Source: an uncultured Planctomycetales bacterium (GTDB lineage: Bacteria > Planctomycetota > Planctomycetia > Isosphaerales > Isosphaeraceae). Taken from it: a stretch of DNA of 64,000 nt. Each line of letters starts with the position of its first letter. The first letter of the stretch is position 1. The stretch lies in the NCBI GenBank assembly GCA_903926465.1, contig CAIYJE010000089.1:8945-72944 (forward strand), given 5' to 3'. Below the pieces are notes generated by a model. It saw only the letters and a program-made list of their open reading frames with translations, did not search any database and was not told the origin of the DNA. The position numbers and the translations under genes were made by a program. This document shows positions 20,038-30,718 of this stretch, piece by piece.

Positions 20038-20153
20038 CCCCTCCGGTTGCTGGTGCCGCCAGAAAATGAGAAGGGCGGCGAAATTCCCGCGAGGCAGGGC
20101 CGGAGAGAGGCACGCGGGGGGGCCCAGGCGTTGGCTTTATGGTTCCTGGAAAT

Positions 20154-20172
20154 CCAGACGCATCGCGTCTGG
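20154..20172 (-). terminator. short GC hairpin downstream of mfd (possible terminator)
   Basis: CCAGACGC-atc-GCGTCTGG lies 34 nt after the mfd stop. Only ATTT follows on the minus strand. Confidence 0.3.
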
Positions 20173-20205
20173 TTCTCTGGAATTGTGCGGTACCCTATCC
20201 CCACA

Positions 20206-23200
20206 TCAAGAAACGCTCAAGATCGCTTTAAGCCGATCGGCAATTTCCGGGGCCGTTCGAATTTCGTCCAGGGGTACATAGGCTGTCCGTTCATCCACCA
20301 CACGGATCTGGCCTGGCTTGCGTCTGGCGAGTTCCTGGATTTTGCGTGCGGACCGGAAGGTAAAGACGGCAAATTCCCCTTCAATGTGCACCCGGCTGAC
20401 CTGCCACTGTTCGGCCCGGATCCGAAGTTCGGCCGTGGTCAGCAAGTTCAAGCCGGGGGTTGGCATCGGGCCGAACCGGTCAATCATTTCCTGACGAAAT
20501 TCGGCCAGTTCGGTCAGGGTCCGGAGCCGGCCGAGCCGACGATAAAGCTCGACCTTGAGCTTGGGGCCGGGCACGTAATCACGTGGCAAGTAGGCACGCC
20601 AGGAAAGCTCAATCGAGCAGTCTCCGGCCAGCCGCTGGGGGGCGTTGGTCAAAGATCGAACAGCCGACTCCAGCAGTGTGCAGTAAAGTTCATAACCGAC
20701 GGCCTCAATATGGCCGGATTGCTCGGAACCTAGAATGTTCCCCGCGCCCCGGATCTCCAGGTCACGCAGGGCGATCTTGAAACCGGCCCCGAGTTCCGTG
20801 AATTCCTCGATCGCCTTCAGCCGTTTGACGGCCGCCGGCGTGAGCGTGTGATTTTCTTCCAGTAGCAAGTACGCATAAGCGCGATGCTTGTACCGGCCAA
20901 CCCGGCCCCGGAGCTGGTGCATATCGGCCAGGCCGTACTTCTCTGGCTCGTGGATAAAGATTGTGTTCGCGTTGGGAATATCCAGGCCGCTCTCGATGAT
21001 GGTGGTGGCAATCAGCACGTCGGCTTCATGCCGCACAAATGCCAGCATCGCCTTCTCCAGTGATTCGCCAGTCATCTGCCCGTGGGCAATCAGAATCCGC
21101 GCTTGCGGCACAATCTGCTGGATCCGGTCGGCCACCGCGTGAATATCGTGGACCCGGTTGTGCACAAAGTAAATCTGGCCGTTGCGGTTCAACTCACGGT
21201 GAATCCCACGCCTGATCAGGTCATCATCCCAGCGCACGATGCGCGTTTCGATGGCCTTGCGATCCATCGGGGGCGTTTCCAGGTTCGAGATGTCACGGAT
21301 GCCCAGCAAGCTCAGGTGCAAGGTTCTGGGAATCGGCGTGGCCGATAGCGTAAGGATCTCCACGGTGGCTCGCAGGTTCTTGAGCCACTCCTTGTCCTCC
21401 ACGCCAAACCGTTGCTCCTCGTCGATGACGACCAGCCCCAGATCTTTGAAGACCACGTCTTTCTGGACAATGCGATGGGTGCCGATCAGAACGTCGACGC
21501 TTCCTTCGGCGGTTCGTTTCAGCGTTTGCTTGATCTCAGACTTGGGACGGAACCGATTAATGGCCTCAATCGTGAACGGAAACTCGGCCATTCGCTTGGT
21601 GAACGTACGGTAGTGCTGCTCGGCAAGTACGGTGGTAGGCACAAGCACCGCAACCTGTTTCCCAAAATCAATGGCCCGAAAGGCCGCGCGCATGGCGACC
21701 TCGGTCTTGCCGTAGCCCACATCGCCACAAATCAGGCGGTCCATGGGCCGGGGCTCGGCCATATCGTTCTGAATGGCCTCGATGGCACGAAGCTGGTCGG
21801 GGGTCTCTTGATAGGGAAACGCCGCCTCGAATTCCGTGACCCAGTGGCTATCGCTGGACGGGTAGGCTATGCCGGGCTGGCTGGCCCGCTTGGCTTGCAG
21901 GTCGATCAGTTCCGTGGCCAGGTCAACCACCGCCTCCGCCACCCGCTTCTTACGCTTGTCCCAGGTAGAGGTTCCAATCTTGGAGAGGGCCGGAGAGATT
22001 TTCCCACCGCCGACATATTTCTGGACCAGGTCGACCTTGGCAATCGGCACATACATTTTCGCTTGGTCGGCAAACTCCAGCACCAGCCGTTCCTCGGAGT
22101 GGTCGTCTCCCTTGTCTACCAGTTGCAGCCCGCGGTAGCGGGCAATGCCGTGGCTGATATGGACGACCAGATCTCCCTCGTTGAGGTCGAGGAAGCTGTC
22201 GATGGCTCGGCTCTCGTAGCGTCGGCGGTTGATGGGCCGCGGCACATCGGTCCGGTCGAATAGTTCGGCATCGCTGATAACCAAGACGCCGGCATCGAGC
22301 AGTCGGAATCCGCTCCGGACGTGCCCCACGGTAAGCTGGAGCCGCTTCTCTTTGGCGACGGCGGTCTCAGAAAAGACCTCGCCCAGGCGTTCCACTTCGG
22401 CCGTGTTATGGCAGGCAATCAGAACCTTGTCGCCTGCGGAAATTCCGTCGAACTCGGCCTGAACCTTGGCCAGGTCGCCGGCAAAGTGTTCCACCGACTC
22501 GATCCGGAGATGGCAGGTGGCTTCCAGCGAGTCTGCGGCAAGGGTGGAAAGGGCGATGGTTGGTCGTTTCAAGAGCGGGGCGAATGCGGCATCGACCGAG
22601 AAGATCCCGGTCCGGTCTTCGAGTCGGGTCAGGTAGTTCTTGGCTTCTTCCCGGAGGTCGGTCGGCTCCACGAGCACGATCCAGGTTCCTTGGGGGAGAT
22701 AGGCGGCCAGATGGCCAAAATCTTTGGCGTGCGCCAGGTCGAGTGGTGGTAGGGCGGTGAGGGTGACCGAGTCCCAGCGATCTCGCGAGCGTTGACTTTC
22801 GGGATCGAACGGGCGGATAGACTCAACATCGTCGCCAAAGAATTCGATGCGGACCGGTTCGGTGGCGTCTGGCGGGAAGACGTCCAGGATGCCGCCGCGG
22901 GTGCTGAACTCGCCAGCCACCTCCACAACCTCGGTCCTGGTCAGTCCTTGATCGAGTAACCACGCCACCACATTTTCGAGCGGAACCACCTCGCCCACGG
23001 ACAGGCGTTTTGAGGCCGCCTGAAGAAACTCAGGCCGAGGGACCGGCTGAAGCAGGGCCTGGATGGGGACCACGACCAGCCCGGGCGGATTCTCCTCGGC
23101 CAATTGCTTGGCGACACGGACCCGTTTTCCGAAGATCTCGTCGCCCGGCCCAACATCGCGGGGCAATCGGTCCCAGGCGGGCAGGATCTCGGGTCTGGCA

Positions 23201-23466
23201 CCTGCAAACGTGGCCAGGTCTTCGGCAAAATCGTCGACGTCACCAACGTGGGCCAGAACGATCAGTAGTGTCGGGTTCGCCTGGGCACCCAGGGCCGCGG
23301 CCACCAGCGCCGAGGCCGATCCCCAGGCCCCATCAATGGTGGTACTGCGCCCGTTTTTGAGCGCGGCGATCATTTCTGGGAACCCGGGCGAACGCTGGAT
23401 CACCTGGACCAGATCTGGCAAATCTCGAACCGTGGGGCTCAAGGATTTCGACGTCGTCTTTCTCAT
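20206..23466 (-). CDS. mfd: transcription-repair coupling factor
   Basis: 1086 aa. Contains a CarD/TRCF RNAP-interaction region, SF2 helicase motifs LICGDVGYGKTEV and VIDEEQRFG, and a TRCF C-terminal domain. Confidence 0.97.
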   Translation of the reverse strand: MRKTTSKSLSPTVRDLPDLVQVIQRSPGFPEMIAALKNGRSTTIDGAWGSASALVAAALGAQANPTLLIVLAHVGDVDDFAEDLATFAGARPEILPAWDRLPRDVGPGDEIFGKRVRVAKQLAEENPPGLVVVPIQALLQPVPRPEFLQAASKRLSVGEVVPLENVVAWLLDQGLTRTEVVEVAGEFSTRGGILDVFPPDATEPVRIEFFGDDVESIRPFDPESQRSRDRWDSVTLTALPPLDLAHAKDFGHLAAYLPQGTWIVLVEPTDLREEAKNYLTRLEDRTGIFSVDAAFAPLLKRPTIALSTLAADSLEATCHLRIESVEHFAGDLAKVQAEFDGISAGDKVLIACHNTAEVERLGEVFSETAVAKEKRLQLTVGHVRSGFRLLDAGVLVISDAELFDRTDVPRPINRRRYESRAIDSFLDLNEGDLVVHISHGIARYRGLQLVDKGDDHSEERLVLEFADQAKMYVPIAKVDLVQKYVGGGKISPALSKIGTSTWDKRKKRVAEAVVDLATELIDLQAKRASQPGIAYPSSDSHWVTEFEAAFPYQETPDQLRAIEAIQNDMAEPRPMDRLICGDVGYGKTEVAMRAAFRAIDFGKQVAVLVPTTVLAEQHYRTFTKRMAEFPFTIEAINRFRPKSEIKQTLKRTAEGSVDVLIGTHRIVQKDVVFKDLGLVVIDEEQRFGVEDKEWLKNLRATVEILTLSATPIPRTLHLSLLGIRDISNLETPPMDRKAIETRIVRWDDDLIRRGIHRELNRNGQIYFVHNRVHDIHAVADRIQQIVPQARILIAHGQMTGESLEKAMLAFVRHEADVLIATTIIESGLDIPNANTIFIHEPEKYGLADMHQLRGRVGRYKHRAYAYLLLEENHTLTPAAVKRLKAIEEFTELGAGFKIALRDLEIRGAGNILGSEQSGHIEAVGYELYCTLLESAVRSLTNAPQRLAGDCSIELSWRAYLPRDYVPGPKLKVELYRRLGRLRTLTELAEFRQEMIDRFGPMPTPGLNLLTTAELRIRAEQWQVSRVHIEGEFAVFTFRSARKIQELARRKPGQIRVVDERTAYVPLDEIRTAPEIADRLKAILSVS

Positions 23467-23541
23467 CCAGGGTTGCTCGAGAGGCGTTTCGGCCAGATCG
23501 TCCGCATGATCGCCGTGAAAAGTCGATGGTTGAGAATCATT

Positions 23542-24390
23542 CTAGGAAGCCCGGGAATCGCTGGCCATGGTCGTTGGTGCTGATGCCGTGAGCGACAGAG
23601 TGGGATGTGGCCCTGTTGGGTGATCATGTTTCGGGTGAACTCTTACATCCGCCGGCGCGGCGTTCAGTCGTTCCAGCAGCCACAGCAGATCAGCGGGATC
23701 GCCCGGCAGGTCCAGCACGCCCCAGCTTCCACAGTCCATCATCTGGACTGCGAGTGACCGATCCAGAAAGCCTGCCAGTGAGAGGATTGAACGGGTTGCC
23801 GCCTGGGACCGCAGTTCCAATTCCCAGCCCGAATCGAGTACCGGAACATCCCACAAGGCCGGGATTCGCGGGGCAACGTCGGACCATTGTCGGCCGGTTT
23901 GCACGGGGTAACCAGCCCCGCGCACAATCTCAGACAACAGCGAGCGGATCTCGTGGACCCGGCTCACGATGGCAACCGTGGGTCTAGGACCGCGTGGGGG
24001 GAGTTCCAGCCCCGTGGCGGTGGCCACTGGACAAAGCCAGCGCCAGAGGAGGCCAGGAGCCAGAGTCTCGGGAGCAATCCGATCCACCAGCGGCACCCAG
24101 CGTTCCAGTTCGTGGTAACGGGGCAGCAGTCCCGTGCAAAGCAGGATTCGTGGTGTGCCGCTAGCTTTGTTCCTGAGCGATTGAACTCGCTCGGCGTCGA
24201 GGTTGGTGAGCCAGGTCCGATGCAGGATGACGGCCTGTGCCTTGACGACCGGCTCTGGCCAGGGCCGGGGCAGGCATTCGCCCGCCTGAAGACGACCAAC
24301 CGTTCCCGGCAGCGCAGCCGCCAGCCTGGCGACCCATGGGTCGGTGAGGTCGCCCACAAAGTAAAGATCGGCTGCGGGTGAAACGTCCAT
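23542..24390 (-). CDS. hypothetical protein; possibly two degenerate receiver (CheY-like) domains in tandem
   Basis: Start taken at the internal ATG (MDVSPAADLYFVGD). Both halves show a beta-alpha alternation resembling REC domains (VAIVSR..., ALWDVPVLD, ILSLAGF, VLDLPGDP), but the acidic pocket and the conserved Lys are missing. Confidence 0.5.
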   Translation of the reverse strand: MDVSPAADLYFVGDLTDPWVARLAAALPGTVGRLQAGECLPRPWPEPVVKAQAVILHRTWLTNLDAERVQSLRNKASGTPRILLCTGLLPRYHELERWVPLVDRIAPETLAPGLLWRWLCPVATATGLELPPRGPRPTVAIVSRVHEIRSLLSEIVRGAGYPVQTGRQWSDVAPRIPALWDVPVLDSGWELELRSQAATRSILSLAGFLDRSLAVQMMDCGSWGVLDLPGDPADLLWLLERLNAAPADVRVHPKHDHPTGPHPTLSLTASAPTTMASDSRAS

Positions 24391-24585
24391 GCCATCCTCG
24401 AACCGGGAGCCTGGCAAATTCAACCGGTTAGGTAACAGAATTGGGCGAGCCTGGCAACCACGGACAGTCAAAAGCGAACGCGGAGCGACCGATCACGTTC
24501 GTTGGCAGGGCCTTCGGTTGACTCTCATTCACGGAGCGGAAGGCATGATTCGTGAGCATTCTGGAGCGGGACCCAGTTTTAGGTT

Positions 24586-24927
24586 TCAGGATTCTCTGGG
24601 GATCTCGGACATTTTCTCAAGCAGATACCGAATCTCATACTGACCCAGGCCGGCCTTCCGGGCCACACTCAGGAGGATCGTAACGATCTCGTCAACCGAC
24701 CCAAGGTAGGTCGGGTGATCAGAATCCCCCTCACACTGTCCATAAATTTGGTTGTTTGCGTTAATCTGCATGTGGATCAGCACCGGCGTGCTCCAGTTTT
24801 CCTGGAGTAAGCAACCGAGTATAGCCTCAATATGCTTGGCAATCTCAATCTTCTCATACTTTTCCACACATGATCGGCGTAATTGCTCTGGATCATTCTT
24901 CCGACCAACTTCGTTCAACACACGCAA
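24586..24927 (-). CDS. hypothetical protein (doubtful CDS in an AT-rich patch)
   Basis: 113-codon ORF with only TTG or GTG available as a start. Composition is lower in GC than its neighbours. No family recognised. Confidence 0.3.
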   Translation of the reverse strand: MRVLNEVGRKNDPEQLRRSCVEKYEKIEIAKHIEAILGCLLQENWSTPVLIHMQINANNQIYGQCEGDSDHPTYLGSVDEIVTILLSVARKAGLGQYEIRYLLEKMSEIPRES

Positions 24928-25485
24928 TCTCCCTAGTGCTGCGTTATCCCAAGAGTTTGGGGTGGCCGTCCTGGTTTAAAGGATAAATACAGACTCGGAC
25001 CCACTTACAAACCCCAAAAGGTAAGCGTGGCGTTCCACTAGTCACACTTAGAATTAGACCTGATCATCTAAGCAGAAAATGATGAAGGTCTATTCAGATT
25101 GCTACCGTCAGAAGGATTTCTATATTGGGTCGTCCATATCAGATAAAAGCCCGACGCATAAGTGAACAGATCTCTTCAATCAATTCAACCCCGACTCCCA
25201 ACTTCTCCGGTTACGATACTCTTGGTGGTTGCTTGAAAGGCTTTAAAAGGCGAAGGAAGAAAGCAGCCCTTGATGACAGGCCAGGGCTTGAGGAACGCTG
25301 ATTTCAAGGTGTCTGATACGGCCACCCGGCCAGGTATTGTAACTTCAAAACTTATACATCAGGCGAATTTGGGTGTGTCAGTTGAACGGATCTAGTTCAA
25401 GGCTGGGGGCGATGGCTGGTTGTCTCCGTCTCGGTTTGGGGTTAGCATCCCGTCGTTGGCCATTTTGAATTTGGGAGCTTGCACC

Positions 25486-26388
25486 ATGATTCGCGTGGGA
25501 ATTGTCGATTTTGATACCAGCCATGCCGTCGAGTTCACCAAGCGTCTGAATCACCTGGATATTGACGCTGAGCAGTGGGTGGAAGGGGCAAAAGTGGTGG
25601 CGGGCGTGCCCGGTACCTCGCGGATCTCTCCTGAGCGGATTCCTGAATATACAGCCCAGATGCAGAAGTACGGCGTTCCGATCTTTGATCGACCGGAAGA
25701 CCTGATGGGCAAGATTGACGCGGTATTCATTGAAGCCGTGGACGGTAGCGTGCACCTGGAACGGGCTCGGCCGTTTCTGGAGCGCGGAATGCCGACCTTT
25801 GTGGACAAGCCGTTTGCCTGTTCGTTGGTAGACGCCAAGGCGATGGCCGATGTGGCGGTTCGCTCGCATGCTCCCTTGTTTTCGAGTTCAAGCCTGAGGT
25901 ATGCCCCGGAAGTGGTGGAAGGGGCCTCTGTTGAGCATCCGGGCGGGTCCCTGGTGGGTGCCGCCACTTACGGGCCTTCCCCCCTGGACACCACTGGTCG
26001 CAATCCGGGCCTGTTTCATTATGGGATTCACCCGGTTGAGATGCTGTTTGCGCTGATGGGAGGCGGTTGTGCAAGTGTATCGGCCCGTTCGACCGAAGGG
26101 GTTGACTTGGTGACTGGCGTCTGGGGTGATGGGCGGATCGGCTCGGTTCGTGGCCTGCGTCAGGGTAAGCAAGATTATGGCTTCACTCGATTCGGGGAGA
26201 AAGCCGTCTCGACCCATCCCGTGAGCACGGCTTACATTTATCGAGAACTTTTGAAGCAAATAGTGAAGATGTTCGAGTCTGGCCAGGCCCCTCTGGACCT
26301 GCATCAGACCCTGGAAATGGTGGCTTTCATGGAAGGGGCTGCCCGAAGCGGCCGCCAGCAAGGGGCTGAGGTGACCATCCGGGTCTGA
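25486..26388 (+). CDS. Gfo/Idh/MocA-like oxidoreductase
   Basis: The internal ATG gives MIRVGIVDFDTSHAVEF... (Rossmann-like N-terminus). Size and the FVDKPFA block fit the family. Confidence 0.6.
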   Translation: MIRVGIVDFDTSHAVEFTKRLNHLDIDAEQWVEGAKVVAGVPGTSRISPERIPEYTAQMQKYGVPIFDRPEDLMGKIDAVFIEAVDGSVHLERARPFLERGMPTFVDKPFACSLVDAKAMADVAVRSHAPLFSSSSLRYAPEVVEGASVEHPGGSLVGAATYGPSPLDTTGRNPGLFHYGIHPVEMLFALMGGGCASVSARSTEGVDLVTGVWGDGRIGSVRGLRQGKQDYGFTRFGEKAVSTHPVSTAYIYRELLKQIVKMFESGQAPLDLHQTLEMVAFMEGAARSGRQQGAEVTIRV

Positions 26389-26621
26389 GTTTTCAAGGAG
26401 GATGGCTGCCGAGACTTCAGGGAATGGCTCCCGCCTTCACGCTGGGGTTAACTCCATGAGTTGGCTACGAGGATTTCGATTCCTGGTGTCCTGAATCCTG
26501 GTAAAATCCTTTTCGGCTGGACCCCATAATCTTCCCATCAACCTCGTTCATCGCTGGCAAGTTTGGACAACGGTCTACCTTGTCGCAGCTGAAGAATTGA
26601 CTCCTCTGCCGTTTGTAAATC

Positions 26622-27584
26622 ATGGCATCTCCCTTCCCTTCGTTTACTATTGTCATTCCGACTTACAATCGGCCGCTCCAGCTTCTGGAGTGTCTGAATT
26701 CCCTGGCCGCACTGGATTATCCCCTAGATCGCTACCAGGTGATTGTGGTCGATGACCAGAGTGATCAATCACCGGAATCGCTGGTCGCCGACTTCTGCAA
26801 GCGGATGGAAGTGACTCTGCTTGTTCAGCCGCATCGCGGTCCTGCTGTGGCTCGCAACGCCGGCGCGGCCTTGTCGACTGGGGAGTACGTTGTATTCATC
26901 GACGATGACTGTGTTGCCGCGTCTGATTGGCTCTGTTGCCTGGCCACGTCGTTCGCAGTGAAGTCCGATTATGCCCTGGGTGGATTAGTGGTGAACCGGC
27001 TCACGGAAAATCCCTATTCCGCCGCGAGTCAGGAAATTGTTGACTTTATCTGTCGGTACTTTCGCGAAAGTGAGCGTTCATTTTTTACATCCAACAACCT
27101 TGCGGTGCCTGTAAAATTGTTCCGCGAGATCGGTGGGTTTGATGATCAGATCGCTCTGGCTGCCGCTGAAGATCGTGAGTTCTGTGTTCGCTGGCTTCGG
27201 TTCGGACATCACCTGGCGTTCGAGCCCTCGGCGATTGTGCATCATGCACACAAGCTGACCCTGCGAAGGTTCTGGCGCCAGCATTTTAACTACGGCCGGG
27301 GCGCGTACTATTTCCGAAAAATTATCCAGTCCTCTGGACAAGCACCGTTGAAACTTGAATCCGCGTCGTTTTACTCGGGCCTCGTCTTGTATCCATTCTC
27401 TAAAGGCATCAGCTTGAGGTCGTTGCAGCTTTTCCTGCTGCTCTTGCTTTCTCAGCTAGCCAACGCGTTCGGTTTTTTTTATGAGACGATGCGCTCTTCT
27501 CGCCAACATTTTGGTGAGAGCAAGGTGTTGGGCGAGTCTGCTCCAGCGGGAGCCCCGTCAGCCCCTGAGAATTCCAGAAATTGA
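26622..27584 (+). CDS. glycosyltransferase family 2 protein
   Basis: FTIVIPTYNRPLQLLECLNSL, VIVVDDQSD, and FIDDDC (the DxD motif). Confidence 0.85.
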   Translation: MASPFPSFTIVIPTYNRPLQLLECLNSLAALDYPLDRYQVIVVDDQSDQSPESLVADFCKRMEVTLLVQPHRGPAVARNAGAALSTGEYVVFIDDDCVAASDWLCCLATSFAVKSDYALGGLVVNRLTENPYSAASQEIVDFICRYFRESERSFFTSNNLAVPVKLFREIGGFDDQIALAAAEDREFCVRWLRFGHHLAFEPSAIVHHAHKLTLRRFWRQHFNYGRGAYYFRKIIQSSGQAPLKLESASFYSGLVLYPFSKGISLRSLQLFLLLLLSQLANAFGFFYETMRSSRQHFGESKVLGESAPAGAPSAPENSRN

Positions 27585-27834
27585 GCGAGTCTGAATCCTC
27601 ATGGATCAGCCTTGATTCCTCAAGATATCGTCAGCCCGCCTGGTATTGAGCGCGTTCAGGGCCGGAAGCGTCCGCAATCTAGGGCGAGTGTTGAGTTGCG
27701 TTCCCATTCCAAGGTGCAGGAACTCCAGAAGCCTCTCTTGCCTGACTTTGAGGTCTTCCTTACCCTGAAACGTCCAATCGGCCATGAGCTTGATGCTCTT
27801 GCCCAAGTTCTCTCACTTTTCCCGGAAACTTCCA

Positions 27835-29151
27835 ATGTCCGCGTATTTTCCCAACGTACCCGATAAGATTGCCTACGGTGGCCCCAAGTCCAAGAATCCT
27901 CTGGAATTCAAGCATTACAACGCCGACGAACTGGTCGGCGGCAAGACGATGCGAGACCACCTACGTTTCTCGGTGGTCTACTGGCACACGTTCAGTAACC
28001 CGCTGGCTGATCCCTTTGGAATGGGTACGGCAATTCGCCCATGGGACGACCATAGCGGCTCGGTTGAGAATGCGGTCAAAAAGGTGGACGTTGCCTTTGA
28101 ATTCATTTCCAAGCTAGGCGCTCCGTTCTACGCCTTCCATGACCGGGATGTGGCCCCCGAAGGCAAGACCATCAAAGAGTCAAACGCCAATTTTGACGCC
28201 GTGGCCAAGCGGCTCAAGGAGCAGCAGCAGAAGACGGGGATCAAGTTGCTCTGGGGGACGGCCAACCTTTTCAGCAATCCCCGGTACGCCCATGGCGCGG
28301 CCACCAGCCCCAATATGGAAGTGTTCGCCCACGCTGCGGCCCAGGTGAAGAAGGCCATGGAAGTTACCCATGACCTGGGAGGCCTGGGGTACACCTTCTG
28401 GGGGGGACGTGAAGGGTACATGACCATCCTCAATACCAACATGAAGCGAGAGCTCGACCACCTGGCCCGGTTCCTGCACATGGCGGTGGACTTCAAGAAG
28501 CAAATTGGCTTCCACGGCCAGTTCTACATCGAACCCAAGCCGATGGAGCCCACCAAGCACCAGTACGACTCCGACGCCGAAAGCTGCCTCAACTTCTTGC
28601 GCACCTACGGGCTGCTTGACCACTTCAAGCTGAACCTGGAAACCAACCACGCCACTCTGGCTGGTCATGAGATGCAGCATGAACTCCGGGTGGCCGTGGA
28701 TAACGGTGCGCTCGGCTCGATTGATGCCAATACCGGCGACCCGCTGCTAGGCTGGGACACCGACCAGTTCCCCACCAGCTTCTACCTCACGGCCCAGTGC
28801 ATGCTGGAGGTACTTGAGATGGGCGGGTTCACCACCGGGGGGGTCAATTTTGATGCCAAGGTGCGCCGTGAGAGCTATGATCCAATCGATCTTTTCTATG
28901 CTCACATTGGCGGCATGGACGCGTTTGCACGCGGTCTGAAGATTGCCCACGCCATTCGCGAGGACGGCCGGCTTGGCGACTTCGTCAAGGCTCGCTACGC
29001 CTCCTGGGATAGCGAAATGGGCAAGAAGATCGAGGCCGGCAAGTCGAGCTTCACCGAGCTTGAAGCGTTCATTACTCCCAAGGGAGATGCTGCTGCCTCG
29101 CCAAGTGGCCGTCAGGAGATGCTCGAGAACTTGTTCAACGAGTTTATCTGA
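27835..29151 (+). CDS. xylA: xylose isomerase
   Basis: [73 protein letters not shown]. 438 aa counted from the internal ATG. Confidence 0.96.
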   Translation: MSAYFPNVPDKIAYGGPKSKNPLEFKHYNADELVGGKTMRDHLRFSVVYWHTFSNPLADPFGMGTAIRPWDDHSGSVENAVKKVDVAFEFISKLGAPFYAFHDRDVAPEGKTIKESNANFDAVAKRLKEQQQKTGIKLLWGTANLFSNPRYAHGAATSPNMEVFAHAAAQVKKAMEVTHDLGGLGYTFWGGREGYMTILNTNMKRELDHLARFLHMAVDFKKQIGFHGQFYIEPKPMEPTKHQYDSDAESCLNFLRTYGLLDHFKLNLETNHATLAGHEMQHELRVAVDNGALGSIDANTGDPLLGWDTDQFPTSFYLTAQCMLEVLEMGGFTTGGVNFDAKVRRESYDPIDLFYAHIGGMDAFARGLKIAHAIREDGRLGDFVKARYASWDSEMGKKIEAGKSSFTELEAFITPKGDAAASPSGRQEMLENLFNEFI

Positions 29152-29406
29152 GTGTGGGTAAGGCGTTCGGATCGGTGAAGGAAGCCTGGATGGGCTGGGC
29201 AAGTTCCCAGTTTCAAAAGCTTGCCTTGGCTCGAATCAGGGGCGGGTTTCCAGGAATGCCTGGGCCCGCCCTTTTCCTTTGGAGTCCGGCAGACCAAGAT
29301 GAAGCGAAGGGTCTGGTTTTCACGGAGCAAGTAGAACCGGTCGAAGGTGAATGGCCGCTACGCCTCAAGAACTTCTACCAAGCGTCCAACCCGGAGCGTT
29401 GTATTC

Positions 29407-30513
29407 ATGTCGTGGTCCATCAAGATCGCTCGAATCTTTGGTATTCCGATCTACCTCCACTGGACGTTCCTGATCTTGATGGTCTGGCTGGCCGTGTCCC
29501 AGCTTATGCAAGGGGCCACCACAGCCGAGGCAATTCAGGGGCTGGTATTTCCGCTGGCAATATTCAGTTGTGTGGTCCTGCATGAACTTGGGCATGCCGT
29601 GGCTGCTCAGCGGTTCGGCGTTCCGACCCGCGATATCACCCTTTTGCCGATCGGCGGCGTGGCCCGGCTGGAGCGAATGCCCGAGAAGCCTTCAGAGGAG
29701 CTGGTGGTGGCTCTGGCGGGCCCACTGGTGAACGTGGTGATTGCGTTACTGCTTTATGCTGCGGGCACCCGGGTTGCATTTCGGTCGGAAGATCCAGAGA
29801 TGCTGATGCACGGTGGGATGTTGAGCCGGCTGTTGCTCGTCAATGTGTTCCTGGTGCTCTTCAACCTGATTCCAGCGTTTCCGATGGATGGCGGCCGAGT
29901 GCTGCGGTCATTACTGGCGATGACGATGGATTACGGCAAGGCGACCCGGATTGCGGCCGGGGTGGGGCAGTTTCTGGCGATCGTCTTTGCTTACATCGGG
30001 TTGCAGCACAACCCGTTCCTGATCCTGATCGCGCTTTTTGTGTGGATTGGTGCGCAATCCGAAGCCACGCAGGTCTCTGAGCGGCTGGAGCTGGAAGGGA
30101 CCCCGGTGGGGGATGCCATGCTGACCGATTTCGCCATGCTCCGTCCCAGTGATACGCTGGGCCACGCCGTGGAACGGCTGCTGGCCGGTTCCCAGCAAGA
30201 TTTTCCCGTATATGACGGGCAGTACTTCCTGGGTGTGCTGGCTCGGGCCGACCTGTTACGCGGTTTGGCTCAGTCTGGGCGTGATGCCACAATCGAGGGA
30301 TTTGTGCAGCCGGGCCTGGAGCCGATCACCCTCAAAGATCCACTGGTCCCTGCCTTGAACCGCCTGAGAGAAACTGGCGTGCCGTGTGTGCCGGTGCTGG
30401 ATCAGGGGCGTGTTGCCGGTTTGCTCAGCCTGGAAAATATCGCAGAACTCTTGATGGTGAAGGCCGCGCTGGGGAGCCGAGACGCGGTGGTAACGAGCGG
30501 AGCGAGGGCGTAA
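29407..30513 (+). CDS. site-2 protease (peptidase M50) family protein with C-terminal CBS pair
   Basis: HELGHAVAA zinc motif and NLIPAFPMDGGR, followed by two CBS-like modules. Confidence 0.9.
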   Translation: MSWSIKIARIFGIPIYLHWTFLILMVWLAVSQLMQGATTAEAIQGLVFPLAIFSCVVLHELGHAVAAQRFGVPTRDITLLPIGGVARLERMPEKPSEELVVALAGPLVNVVIALLLYAAGTRVAFRSEDPEMLMHGGMLSRLLLVNVFLVLFNLIPAFPMDGGRVLRSLLAMTMDYGKATRIAAGVGQFLAIVFAYIGLQHNPFLILIALFVWIGAQSEATQVSERLELEGTPVGDAMLTDFAMLRPSDTLGHAVERLLAGSQQDFPVYDGQYFLGVLARADLLRGLAQSGRDATIEGFVQPGLEPITLKDPLVPALNRLRETGVPCVPVLDQGRVAGLLSLENIAELLMVKAALGSRDAVVTSGARA

Positions 30514-30718
30514 AGCTACCCAAGTTCCTCCAGGTTTCCACTCACGTCGAGCAGGCAATGCGAGCACGGTGTTGTCCAGGTCTTGGTTCGGTTGTTACGT
30601 TGATACGGGCAGAAATAAATACGTCAAGACCTTCGCCTCTTTTCAGGTCGTCACGCTCCAGGCTACTCACCCAGGGAACAATTGCATGTTCTCCATCCTT
30701 GACCTGCGCATCAGTGCA

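Noticed and set aside
26465-26656. 63-aa minus-strand ORF overlapping the GT2 start.
   Set aside because: It has no recognisable family and overlaps a well-supported start region. It is probably spurious.
27606-27866. Small ORFs on both strands in the 250-nt gap between the GT2 gene and xylA (27606-27806 minus, 27612-27866 plus).
   Set aside because: They are mutually overlapping, have no ribosome-binding site or recognisable motif, and the plus-strand one runs into xylA out of frame.
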